A DNA stretch of 64,000 nucleotides from Haliotis rubra (Eukaryota). The stretch covers positions 806,001-870,000 of the forward strand of contig NW_025766503.1 of the NCBI RefSeq assembly GCF_003918875.1, in the 5' to 3' direction. Positions within the stretch are counted from its first letter, which is position 1, and each line of letters opens with the position of its first letter. Under the pieces are notes generated by a model, which was given only the letters and a program-made list of their open reading frames with translations, had not been told where the DNA came from and did not search any database. This document shows, piece after piece, positions 14,811-27,422 of the stretch. The position numbers and the translations under genes are program-made.

Positions 14811-14972
14811 CCAAAAGGCACGAGTTCACCACCAGATCTATCTATGTGCCAAGTTTGGTGAGGAAATATTGAACGGTTTTAGAGTTCTGCTCCGGAACAG
14901 ACAAATGTGCACGGACAGACGGTTGGAGTCCATTTTAATACCCCCCGCAAAATGCGTTGCGGGAGGATAAAA
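14811..14972 (+). mobile_element. 3' part of a Helentron-associated non-autonomous element (HINE/pearl-like)
   Basis: Core-repeat unit caaaaggcac...tatgtgccaagtttgg...gaacggttttagagttctgctccggaa is homologous to the unit in the 17626 element. It is followed by acggacagacgg, a terminal hairpin cccgcaa-aatgcg-ttgcggg and an A-run. Confidence 0.7.
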
Positions 14973-14983
14973 AATGGGGATAT

Positions 14984-15859
14984 AAGTAGTCGGAAATAGA
15001 AAAACAATTTTTTTTCCACATTTATATCTACAATTTAGGTAGTTAATATGTGAAAGTGTGACATATGTGTTGAACTAAGTTCGGCCTAACTACAGTCTCA
15101 GTGGTAGGGAGATGGGGAACGTTAAAAAAGGATTTTACTGAGGAGGTATTAGTGCAGAAATGAACAATGCAGGTTTTTTCAAAGCCCGAAGAGACTTATT
15201 TGGAGCAGACCATGGCTTTATGCAAATTAGTGTGCGATGATATTGTATAACAAAGACACTTTTTGAATGTCCATTTTGAAATTAGACTTGGCTTCATAAT
15301 AAACGATAGCAGATGTAAAAAATAACAACTTTAATACTGAAACTATTAAGGATATAGATACCATTGAATCTCACTATCACTATAAATAGAAACAGGTAGG
15401 AGGGGTTGTCTCAAAAGCAAAATCAAGACGGGATGTTGCTGACAGTAGTTGGGGTCGGGCTTGGGGATAGAGATATTAGCCAAGATAAGATAATCAGTGG
15501 AGACATATTCAATACACATGGAAAAGCATCAAAAATATTTGAGATGACCCCTTGTGTCTGTGGGCAGCACATGCATTTCATGCTGAGTGAGTTGACGGTC
15601 CGTCGTCATACCTGGCTGAACGACCTAATTGCCATCTATAGTCTGATCTATTTTTATCAGCAGCTGTTCATATTGTTTCTAAGTTTTGCCCGATTTTACG
15701 AGTAAACATGCTTTTCTGGATATCCTATTACGCATCCCACTGCACGCCCAGTTAGGCCGATGTGAGTTATTTCGACATATGCTATTTGCAATTGTGTAAA
15801 TTTTAGGGATACAGAGTAAGAGCCTAAAAACAATTTTTTTCTATTTCCAACAGTACTTT
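14984..15859. mobile_element. Possible non-autonomous DNA transposon with degenerate TIRs
   Basis: Left end aagtagtcggaaatagaaaaacaatttttt versus right end (reverse complement) aagtactgttggaaatagaaaaaaattgttttt. Confidence 0.4.
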
Positions 15860-17112
15860 AGTCATATCATTGGGGTGGGTGTGATGGTTGGAACTCTTAT
15901 CATATTTTACTGACAAAAAAAATTGCTGCTAAATACTTGTTACTGGTGTGGTGTCATGCATCTGCATGCATGTCATCTGCCCTTGCACCTCAGAATGACG
16001 TGGGCTGATAAATTATATCATCGATTATAAAAATTATTTTAACATCAAGTACTGCCTCCACTTGATTCTTCTGCATCTTCACTGGAAGTTTCTCTTGCAA
16101 AAATTGGCTGGTATTGATACGGTCTAACATTCATGTAAAAGTGACATCAGGAACATCTTTTACTGCTTCAGAATCCATGGTCACTGTCAAGTTGTCAGGT
16201 AAAATCTGCTCATTAACTGTCGGGTGTTTCTCTAATAGGCAGAAATACAAGTGCATTTTTTATGTGTTTATTGCGATTTTACAAACATTTTGCAAATCTT
16301 AATCATGGAAGGTGACTTTCAGAATGTTTTTACCCCTTTGACAAAAAGAAATGATCCTAAATGTCTGTTGAATAAAATTTTGCTACAAGAATGACACGTT
16401 TAAGATGTCAAGGTGTTTATTACCAGTAACTAGCAAATGGCTGCATTTGGTATTACCTGCTACCTACAGCTGGGCCACAATGGCAGGTGCTGAGTCTCTG
16501 GCCAATATTCTCTGCCAGAAATCATCCCACAGATGCTCTTCGGGGACATGGCAGGAGGCTTAGCGAGCCAGTCCAATGTCCCCATGCCTTCTCATTGGAG
16601 ATAGTTAGTGATGACCTGGGCAAGATGAGCTCAGACTTTGCCATCTTACAGTTCACAATTCTGCTAAACAGTTAAGCAAGCAGAACAATGACACAACATA
16701 AAATGTCATCAACTTCTTGCTGTCTCGTGAAATGTCCACTCAGACTAATCCAATCTGTTCACCTGATGTGATACTGTCTCACAATGACACGACCACCCTC
16801 ATACTCATCACAGACAGGAAGTGTTAGATACTGACATATCACCAGTAGGGTTTTCTTTCATTTGGGAAATAAAGGCACAATCGGCTTCTTGGAGTTGCCA
16901 CCCCAATCTGTGCCGCCTGTGGTAATCTGTTTACTAAGCATCACAGCCTTAACGGCACCTTGAATTAAGACGGGCAGCATCCTGACGGTTTAGATGCTGA
17001 ATTCAAATACAACGACACGACATAGTAAATATACCCTCAACTATAGCTACATTCAAGATATTACTCACGCTATGTGTCACATTTTGTCAGATATGATGTC
17101 TTTGTGGTTACA

Positions 17113-17263
17113 GGGGCAGTGGGGTAGCCTAGTGGTTAAAGCATTTGCTCATCACGCCGAAGACCCGGGTTCGATTCCCCAATGTGTGAAGCCCATTTCT
17201 GGTGTCCCCCACTGTGATATTTCTGGAATATTGCTAAAAGCAGCTTAAAACCATACTCACTCA
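17113..17263 (+). mobile_element. tRNA-derived SINE with intact head
   Basis: A box tagcctagtggtt, B box ggttcgattcc, body and (ACTC)n tail. 13-bp TSD with one mismatch: ctttgtggttaca (17100-17112) / ctttgaggttaca (17264-17276). Confidence 0.92.
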
Positions 17264-17625
17264 CTTTGAGGTTACACACATGTGTTATATGGGATGTGTG
17301 TGTGGCTTGTGTGTGTCCTGTATGGGTTTTTGGTTTTGTCTGTAAATGTGTGTTATATGTGATATGTTTGTGGTGATACATGTGTTTTGTACCCGATGTG
17401 TGTGGGGACAGTGCTATATTGCCAGCCTTGTGGATGAATGACCATGAAAATGACAAGACAAGTTCAGCTCACTGAGGGAGCCAAACAATAATGGAAGAGT
17501 CTGTTTATCAAATATCCTTGGCTTGTATTCCGATCCAGCTTCATTGAATGAAAATACATCTTAATGATAACATACGTCCTTAGGAAAAGTAAGCATTCAT
17601 AAACGTTGTTGAAAGACAAATCATG

Positions 17626-18825
17626 AACAAGAGTCATCAGAAGATGACATATCCCCCCGGGCCCCCCATATTTGAAAGAACAAATTGTCTGACAGTTACT
17701 TAAAGTCCAGCTTGATTTCTTTTTCAGACTATGTCCAAATCATTTCAATGGAAACCGAGAAAAATAAAAATGACAAAAATGTGCAAATAGCAAAAGGCAC
17801 CACTTTGGGATCTGCCTCATATATCTGCCAAGTTTTACTGAAAGATACTGTAAATCATGAAATTAATGTGTCACGAATTTAATGCGAGTGCGAGTGTCTA
17901 GTCTAAAATGCGTCACGAAATTAATGCGAGCTCAGGTACAACAAACAAGTGCCTGGAGAATGTCCGGCCTGGCTGATGTGCTTGAGTGACTTTAAACAAT
18001 GACCAGTGATTGTAACCAGTGATAATTACATGTGGCTTGAGATACCTGTAATGAGGAAGTGACCTGTATTGGTGTAATGTATAGTGTCAACAGATTTACG
18101 TCTTCTGTCTTTTATTTAGTAGACAAGGTCGGACTGAAATGCGTCATTATAATAATGCGAGAAGAGTACAGACACATTTTTGCATTAATAAAATGCTTGC
18201 ATTAATTTCATGATTTACAGTATTGAATGGTTTTCGAGTTGTGCTCCGGAAACGAAGCCCAACCCTCCCATTTGAGACTAAGTCCGAATCGTTTCTATGG
18301 AAACCGGGAAAAATAAAAATGACAAAAATCTGCAAATAGCAAAAGGCACCACTTTAGGATCTGCCTCACATATCTGCCAAGTTGTGTTGAAAGATATTGA
18401 ATGGTTTTCGAGTTGTGCTCCGGAAACGAAGCCCAACCCTCCCTTTTGAGACTAAGTCTAAATCGTTTCCATGGAAACCGGGAAAAATACAAATGCCAAA
18501 AATCTGCAAATAGCAAAAGGGACCACTTTGGGATCTGCCTCCATATATCCAAGTTTTGTTCTGAAAGATACTGAGAATTTTTAGTTGTGCTCCGGAAACG
18601 AAGCCCAACCCTCCCTTTTGAGACTAAGTCCAAAACGTTTCCATGGAAACCGAGAAAAATATAAATGACAAAAATCTGTAAATAGCAAAAGGCTCCACCT
18701 GAGGTTCTGTTTGTTATATATCTACCAATTTTTGATGAAAAATATTGAACAGTTTTTGCGTTATGCTCTGGAAACAAAATGATTACGGACGGACGGACAG
18801 ACGACAGACGAGGCGTCGACTATAT
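17626..18825 (+). mobile_element. HINE/pearl-like Helentron non-autonomous element with ~4 internal ~177-bp core repeats, 3' end deleted
   Basis: Starts aacaagagtcatcagaagatgacatatcccccc and has tandem core units (atggaaaccg...caaaaggcaccacttt...gtgctccggaaacgaagccc). A (ACGG/ACAG)n microsatellite lies at 18785-18810. The terminal hairpin is missing. Confidence 0.8.
17848..18220. mobile_element. TA-targeting MITE (Tc1/mariner-type) nested in the HINE
   Basis: 21-bp TIR ctgtaaatcatgaaattaatg / cattaatttcatgatttacag with TA on both sides. Removing it restores gaaagatattgaatgg, as seen uninterrupted in the next core unit (~18390). Confidence 0.9.
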
Positions 18826-19384
18826 TTTCCTCGTTTTCCACTGACTGCTAGTTGTGCATGTTTGAACTTGCTATTTCCGGCTCAAATACACACGGTAATC
18901 TTAATCTTAATTAATTTATAGAGCAAAAACTGTAATTAAAATTACCCAATGCTAGGATATATTTCTTTGGGTTAAATAATAGTATTCTGTATTATATTTT
19001 ACTGATGACTGCGTCAGAATTCGTCCCGTTATATTATTGTGCATGTTTGAACTTGATCGCCTGGTAAACATGTGCACAGCTGATTGCTATTTCCGGCTCC
19101 AATACACATGGTAATCTTAATCCCTGCAAATAATACAATGCCCAGCAAAAACAACTTAGAACTTAAAAGGTAAATAATCTTGTCTAGTGATGTTTAATTG
19201 CAAATTTGACGTCTCTACTGACAAAGTCGTCTTCTGTTGTTTGTTCACGCGAAGTGATACGATGTTGTTTTCTTACCCCTGGAAAAAAAGTTTGACGAAA
19301 GCGTAACCCATGGATAAGACAACCCCCTTCTACAGACTGCTTTTTTTGGTCCTCAAAATTCGGCTTATAGACGGTCATATACGG
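18826..19384. mobile_element. One-ended pogo/Tigger-like non-autonomous element
   Basis: Right end cggcttatagacggtcatatacgg|TA is a pogo-type terminus. It has an internal direct duplication (ttgtgcatgtttgaacttg / gctatttccggctc..aatacaca..ggtaatcttaatc). The left TIR was lost at the junction with the HINE. Confidence 0.5.
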
Positions 19385-21501
19385 TAACTGGTATTGTATA
19401 TTAAGTCTAGTTTTAGTGTGACTGCAGCTAAAACACACCATCTATATGTCAGAGAGGATTCTTAGAATTATCATAATCTGTACAAAGTATTGACTTAAAA
19501 CAAGATATTATGTAAGGGTGAGGAACAAAGGCTTAATGCGTTATCTCTTATAAAAGATATCAGCGCCCTGACTGTTGACTTGATTCTGCCCGTCTTCTAA
19601 AGATCAAGCGCTCTCATTCTCGCAGTTTACACAAGCGAGTTTTAAAGATTCTTAAAGTTTTCTGTATTTTGAACAAAATGAGTAATACACACAACTGACA
19701 ATGCGCTATGTCATAAACACAGCTGGACTTTCTGTCCTAATGAGCTAAATCCATAATTTTATGGAATATTTGCAGCAATTGATTTTAACACAACAGAAGT
19801 TTCATTTTAAGGCCATTATATGGAAGCTATGTCATATCAATCCAAATTAAATTAAAGCCCAAAGCAGAAAGTAAACTGCCATAAACATGAGTAATGGACT
19901 GAAGTTTCAGCTTTCAGCTTTCAGTATGGTCCGAGCACAAAGGTCATATCAAGGTCATGATCTAAAACAAAAATCAATCCCCCAGAAATGTTCCACCTTT
20001 AGTAATACTGACTGTAAGTTGATTTAACAATAGTGACCATTTATAGGTTTTTCAATATTGCTGCTGAGTAAGACAAATTCAGGTGTTGTGATTTAATGGT
20101 TTGTTTCCTGAGAGAAATGTTAATGCCTGGATGACCAAAGATACTGATGGGAAAAGCCAGAAATACAGGCCATGAGCTCAGATACAAAGAAGTGAGTAGA
20201 TGTATTGTATATATGGCACTGCCACTGCTGCCACTATTTTCAAAAAGAATCCAAAGACAAAGTGCCCAACTTGATATTTTGTAACATTTGTCTACAAATA
20301 AGGTGAGCATAATAAAATTATTTTTTTCTTCGCCATAATATTTTGCTACAACAAATTATATACATGTCAAAACAATAATGTTCCCAGGGCAGTTATGTGT
20401 TCTGGCATACCTTTCATCTCCAAATTTGGCTAATCAGTCACTTGTTACCATGAAATCTGTTTTGGTCCAGATAAATCATTATTAATGGGGAGAATGAATC
20501 AGATGAGATGTGAGGGAACATGCATACTCTAGTCGGATGAAAGTAAAGTCAACCGAAAGATCCTCTTCTTTGCCTAATCCTACAATAACAGTCCTGTAGC
20601 ACAGAGGTGCATCAACATGGAAGCCTCTCATTACCTGCAATCCTATCTATTGGTTACTGACATATACAGATTCATTCTACATGGCAGAATACAAAACCTT
20701 GACTGTAGAGGTTAGACAACAAAATCTTTCCGCTATCCAACAAACCAGCATCATAATAGATATCTTATTTATAACATGAAACAATGCACACTGAACGATG
20801 CTTGGAAAAGAATGTTAAAAGAACATTCAGGTAAAAAAACAAACAAATGGAATTATAGCTTAGTTTCAGGCCCATCTAAACATCATCACTTGTGATCAAC
20901 AGAGTCAGGCAGAAAACACCATTTGGTAAATATGTGTATAAATGTTAGTAATTGCAATGTAAGTACAAAAGGTAGGTACAACTTTGCAAAATGTAATTGA
21001 TTGTGACATTATTAATGCAAATATTGTATTCAAAATGATGTGAAAATTTGATTAATTTGCACTTTAGAACTGTCTATCAATGTCTATGACCATTCACAAT
21101 AAAACATAATTGCTTGTGGACAGTACCTTCCTCTGCATGAGTGGGATGTAAGATTCAAATATACTTTCAACCACTGGACAACAAACATGACAGAGGCCTT
21201 CTGTATCACAAAATGAGTTCACTGTAAGTTCAGAAAATGATGTGCAACATATTGTAATATTCTGTTGTGTGTATGTTTATTGTAGACCTCATCTCATGTA
21301 CTTGTTGTAATACTTTATTTTAAAAAAGATTGGGACTTAGTTTGGAACGCTTTCCATCCATTGGTAGTCTTTTTCTTGAAATCTGATGCAACAGGAACTT
21401 TGATTCATTCAAAATATATCAGAAATGTTGTCTCCCTTCATTGCACCATTTGACTCTCTGCTATACACTGTCAGAGGAACTCATTTTACACACTGGTCGC
21501 T

Positions 21502-22420
21502 ATCATATAAACATCCAGATAAGAACTGGTCTTCATTCACACATGCTTGTCTCCATCATATGAGGATCCAGATAAAAACTGGTCTTCATTCATACAGGAT
21601 CCAGATAAGAACTGGTCTTCATTCACACATGCTTGTCTCCATCATATGAGGATCCAGATAAGAACTGGTCTTCATTCATAGAACTGGTCTTCATTCATAC
21701 ATGCTTGTCTCCATCATATGAGGATCCAGATAAGAACTGGTCTTCATTCATACATGCTTGTCTCCATCATATGAGGATCCAGATAAGAACTGGTCTTCAT
21801 TCATACATGCTTGTCTCCATCATATGAGGATCCAGATAAGAACTGGTCTTCATTCATACATGCTTGTCTCCATCATATGAGGATCCAGATAAGAACTGGT
21901 CTCATCATATTCATTCACACATGCTGGTCTTCATTCACACATGCTTGTCCATCATATGAAGATCCAGATAAGAACTGGTCTTCATTCATACATGCTTGTC
22001 TCCATCATATGAGGATCCAGATAAGAACTGGTCTTCATTCACACACACATGCTTGTCTTCATCATATGAAGGATCCAGATAAGAACTGGTCTTCATTCAT
22101 GTCTCTTCATTTGTCAGGTAAGAACTGGTCTTGTCCCACATGCTTGTCTCCATCATATGCTTGAGGATCCAGAAAAGAACTGGTCTCCATCTCATTCATT
22201 CACACATGCTTGTCTCCATCATATGAAGATCCAGATAAGAACTGGTCTTTCATTCATACATGCTTGTCTCCATCATATGAGGATCCAGATAAGAACTGGT
22301 CTTCATTCATACATGCTTGTCTCCATCATATGAGGATCCAGATAAGAACTGGTCTTCATTCATACATGCTTGTCTCCATCATATGAGGATCCAGATAAGA
22401 ACTCGTCTTCATTCATAAAT
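21502..22420. repeat. 53-bp minisatellite, ~16 copies
   Basis: Unit atatgaggatccagataagaactggtcttcattcatacatgcttgtctccatc. Confidence 0.95.
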
Positions 22421-22888
22421 GCATGTCACTGGTGGCACTTGAAGGGATTAAATGGACAGGTTCGGTTGATGCATGTTTCAAGTGAGTTCCAGTTATGTTG
22501 ATGGATGCTTTTGATGTTAATTGCTGGATTGTCTGATAGAGACTTGATAACTTACTGAACACTGTGATACAGTTGTAATACTGCTAAGCAAAATGTGAGC
22601 TAGCAAAATACTGGCTGACATTAATCAACCCAATCATACACCTTAGATGATGCCATCTTGGCCATAAAGCACAACACTGTGTACCAATTTCATGTCTAAT
22701 ATGAACAAATAAAATAGACAAGCCTCTTTAGCTCCAAAACTAGTCTTACTAGCTTTGAAAACTAGATTCAGTGTGACAATTACGAACTAATCTGCTAACA
22801 ACCTCTAAAATATTCTGTTGTTTTCCTGACATGCGCATGAGGCTTGAGAAGCAAGATACAGAAGTCGTATTGAAAGTCTGAAGATTTA

Positions 22889-24179
22889 TAGTATGACCAG
22901 AAATTATTGGGAATTTTAGGTATATGTTTAATTGGATTTCTAGTATAAACAACCGTGACCAGCTATCAAGTGCTTGGTTTCATTCAAGAGAGACAACTCC
23001 GTGAATCCTTTTTCATTAGCTTGTGAAGAGTTATCCCCCTTTGTTTACTTGCTAGCAGACGACATTTTCAGTGATCCTCAGTATGGATGATTTAGAGAAG
23101 AGGAAGTTGATTTTAGAGTATTATAACAAGGACATCAGATCAGCTAAAGTGTTTTCAAGTAGAACAGGCATCCCTTTGTCCACTGTTTATTGTGTTTTGA
23201 AAAAATATTGCAAATGGATATGGCATTGAGCACCAGGGAGGCGCAGGTAGGCCCAGAAAATTGACTGTCGGTGACAGGAGGCGGTTTTGTATTCTTGTTT
23301 CTTAAAACAAACGAAGGAGTTGAGAAAACTTGAGGCTGGATATGATTGATAGAGGAACTGTGGAATGTCTGTAAGGAGACAATTAGAACTGAGCTGCATG
23401 CAATGGGTTGGCAGAAAAGTCGAGGAATTCCATCACCGATCATGAAACCTGAACAAAAGGAGCTGGAAGGTTGAACTGGTGCTTACAGCATAGAAATTTT
23501 AACTGGGACAATGTGATTTCCTCAGATGAAAGTTCTGTGTTGCTGTTTCCTAATACACTGAAATTCTGGACCAAACAAACTGAAAAACCTTTGTATCAGA
23601 AAAGTACAGTCCAAAAATTTAACATGTGGGGTGGCATATCTGTGTTAGGGACAAGCCCTCTGTGTATTTGAAGGGAATATGAACAGTGAGCGGTACACAG
23701 ATATTCTCGAGGGACATTTACTTCCATCTGCTCCACGTGTTCTATGGAAATTTTTTGATTTTCCAGCAGGACAACGACCCAAAACATCGTTCAAAGCATT
23801 CACAGGCCTGGTTTCAGACCCAAAATATGACATTATTAGATTTGCCAAGCTATAGCCCTGACCTAAATCCAATAGAAAATGTTTGGGGACTTATGAAGGA
23901 AAGTATTAATAAGAAATATCTGACAAATATTGCTGAAATGAAAGAAGAGGTGGTCCTATATTGGGACAGCATGGACCACGACTTTCTAACTTCTTTGATC
24001 AGTAGTATGCCCTGCCGCATTGAAGCCTGCATTGCTGTCCATTGTGACTTGACAAAATACTAACTGTTCCCCTGTCTTTGAATCTGGAGTTATGTTCTGC
24101 TAATATTTACATTTAATATGAGTGAAAAAAATATAAAAATTTACAATCTTTAAATTCTCAATAATTTCTGGTTGTACTG
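22889..24179 (+). mobile_element. Full-length degenerate Tc1 element (DD34E)
   Basis: TA-flanked imperfect TIRs: tagtatgaccagaaattattgggaattt (22889) versus the reverse complement of the right end, cagtacaaccagaaattattgagaattt. Confidence 0.88.
23083..24063 (+). pseudogene. Tc1 transposase pseudogene (frameshifts and stops)
   Basis: MDDLEKRKLILEYY..GIPLSTVY (HTH), NWDNVISSDESS, MWGGIS, FQQDNDPKH..PSYSPDLNPIENVW with 34 residues between D and E. The sequence is spread over several frames. Confidence 0.9.
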
Positions 24180-24720
24180 TATATAGTGATTGCATGTCCT
24201 TCTGAAGGGGGACTGAGTCAAGGGGCTATATATAATGGCTGTTGTCTCATATACGACATAATTAACTACACTTTAGAAAATACATATAGTTACAGAGATC
24301 ATGCATGTTGTAGAATGTATGTGAGCTGAGCTAGGAAGCTGGCTGCTGTCGGTACAATGTATGCTTGGGAGTGCTCCAGTCATGATCCCAGGACACAGCT
24401 GTGGATCTACATCGCTGGTGCTGCTGATAACTACACACAAGTGTCACTGTGAGCAGGGATAAGTCACCTCCACTCAGACCTAACTGGTGATACGCAGAGG
24501 GTCCATAACATGCTACAACTAGGGATTACTAATACATTATCTGTCCACTTTTGTCAACAAGGTACCACAAAGTTTATCACTCAGGCACTGCAGTACATCT
24601 AGATGTTTTACCTCTGAAAATACCTTGGAAAGTTTAATTGGAGACAAACATGGTAACAACATTCTGCCTTACCCAGAACAGGTCTCGGAGTTGATCGCCT
24701 CTTACTCACATGTCAAGCTG

Positions 24721-24745
24721 ACTTACCTGCAAGAAAACAAGGCAC
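24721..24745 (-). promoter_or_regulatory. Candidate recursive splice site (3'ss fused to 5'ss)
   Basis: Minus strand tgccttgttttcttgCAG|GTAAGT with the junction at 24727/24726. Downstream donors: CAT|GTGAGT (17 nt on) and TGG|GTAAGG (54 nt on). Confidence 0.4.
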
Positions 24746-26361
24746 TCATATAATATATATACTTGATCTCCTGGTAGTGTCTGTAGGGGCATGGGGGCCC
24801 AGTGGCAGGCACTATTTACAAAGATGCACCCATCAGCGGATATATTATTCTCATTAGTTATTATTCCACAAATTACAATAAATACAAGCAGCAAAAGGTT
24901 TTAGGTGACCCTGGAACAGTCAGGTGAGTTGTAATTTATGATGATGTTGTTGTTAATATAACCAACATATCAGTTCAATAACAAACACTACTGATGCAGC
25001 CATCTGAACAGTTGCACCCATGGGCCAGGCAAGCAAGGTGATGACAAGCTGTTACTTATAGATAATGTCCACAATATCCTTCAGGCACTTCCTAGTGCCA
25101 GGAAACACTCAACAATGGATATGCTTCTACTGAAAGGACACAAGCAATATTTATTTTGTCACTCTTTTTTCCCTCCAGATATTATTGCCTACTGAGTCAT
25201 TCCAATCAACATAGCTCATGAGTGTCGAACGTACCACAGTTACAAACTTATTGCGAGATCATAGAACTACAGTCCAACATGTCAGGAAAGCAATGTGCAG
25301 CCACTGCTAAATCAAATAATCAGTACTTTTTTTCAATCTACACACCAGATCAACTGACAGGAGCTATAGTTAACCCATGGTGTATAGCATTATAATGCCC
25401 ACTTCATAAGCACATTCTAAACCATGGTTATGGCTCGCCTAGAAATATAGAAAAAAAAAAGAAGGCAAAATCTGTAAAATGAACGAGCAGTGCATTTAAA
25501 AGTGTATAGATAAGTCCTATAGTTCACATACATTGTAATTTGAAATTAGGACTCAGTGAAAGATAGTTATAAATCTATCATTTCTTTGAAAACTGTAATC
25601 AGACACTTGCAAGAACATACAAGTGACATTTTCAAACACTATATATCCAAAACTGTCTTTTGCAAATTTCCATGGATGCTTTCACTGAGTTTGAGTTTGC
25701 AAGACTTTGCATGAAGTGACAATGTAATATTAGACACACTGTAAACAAGGGTGCAACTTTCCCGCAAACCAGTATACCTGCACCGGGGATGCACATTATA
25801 CTCAAGTGCCTATTATACTCCATCATGTGCTACAGCAGCTCTGGGCTGCTTCCAGAAAATAGGAATAATACTTTAGTAAATGATCAAGCATTCATTAATT
25901 GGAGCCCAGTAGCAGAAGTAAGCTCATTTTTGCATGTAGTCCTCACTGTGGGAATGTTCAGCCCACTCACATGTGGACAAGGCACATCATACTGTGGGTC
26001 AATAGCATACACTGACAATACCAGCAGCCATACTGACAATCTGTGTATTATGGAAACCATGGAAAACAGAGCGCCAAGCCTCAGGGCTCCCCATATTCAG
26101 TAATCAAAACAACTAGCTTCTTCCCGGTATAAATAAAATATTTCCTGTGTGGTGGTGTAAATTAGAGGACCATATTTTACAAACATCAAATAATCCCTCA
26201 AGGTGACTTCAGTGACAACTACAACTGCATGTGAAATGTCTGGAATTTGACAAGTGGTGGGTGCTGGACATCCAGGGCCTCCATGCCTCACCCTCGTCGC
26301 ATCACGTCTAATATAGGAGTGGAACACAATAAATGCCCTACAAAGGTGTTAGTGTTACAGG

Positions 26362-27270
26362 CCAAAACTCACACTCTTTACCTGAATACCCCAAAACTCA
26401 CACTCTTTACCTGAATGCCCCAAAACTCACACTCTTTACCTGAATGCCCCAAAACTCACACTCTTTACCTGAATGCCCCAAAACTTTCACTCTTTACCTG
26501 AATGCCCCAAAACTCACACTCTTTACCTGAATGCCCCAAAACTCACACTCTTTGAATGCCCCAAAACTCAACTCTTACCTGAATGCCCCAAAACTCACAC
26601 TCTTGAATGCCCCAAAACTTTCACTCTTTACCTGAATGCCCCAAAACACTCTTTACCTGAATGCCCCAAAACTTTCACTCTTTACCTGAATGCCCCAAAA
26701 CTCACACTCTTTACCTGAATGCCCCCACTCTGCCCCAAACTCACTCTTTACCTGAATGCCCCAACTGCCCCAAAACTCACACTCTTTAACATGAATGCCC
26801 CAAAACTCACACTCTTTACCTGAATGCCCCAAAACTCACACTCTTTACCTGAATGCCCCAAAACTCACACTCTTTACCTGAATGCCCCAAAACTCACACT
26901 CTTTACCTGAATGCCCCAAAACTGCCCACACTCTTTACCTGAATGCCCCAAAACTCACACTCTTTACCTGAATGCCCCAAAACTCACACTCTTTACCTGA
27001 ATGCCCCAAAACTCACACTCTTTACCTGAATGCCCCAAAACTCACACTCTTTACCTGAATGCCCCAAAAACTCACACTCTTTACCTGAATGCCCCAAACT
27101 CACACTCTTTACATGAATGCCCCAAAACTCTTTACCTGAATGCCCCAAAACTCACACTCTTTACCTGAATGCCCCAAAACTCACACTCTTTACCTGAATG
27201 CCCCAAAACTCACACTCTTTACCTGAATGCCCCAAAACTCACACTCTTTACCTGAATGCCCCAAAACTTT
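26362..27270. repeat. 29-bp minisatellite, ~31 copies
   Basis: Unit aaaactcacactctttacctgaatgcccc. Confidence 0.96.
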
Positions 27271-27422
27271 CCAGGCAGAAACAAGCATCATGGAACAATT
27301 AGACCTCCCCAGACCAGGTGACAGCTGACCTCATCAATATCAACCTTAAATCTGATCAGCAATTATGTGTGATGCAGGTCTATACCTCAACGTACCCTAG
27401 ACACAAGTTATAAGCATCTACT

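Noticed and set aside
10569-14970. 947/911/495-aa His/Thr/Pro-rich ORFs
   Set aside because: The 25-bp unit is stop-free in all plus frames and the same peptides cycle through the three frames. Unit-length variants ignore codon phase, so this is a repeat artefact.
17113-17180. tRNA gene
   Set aside because: The A and B boxes belong to a SINE head followed by a SINE body, (ACTC)n tail and TSD. There is no complete cloverleaf.
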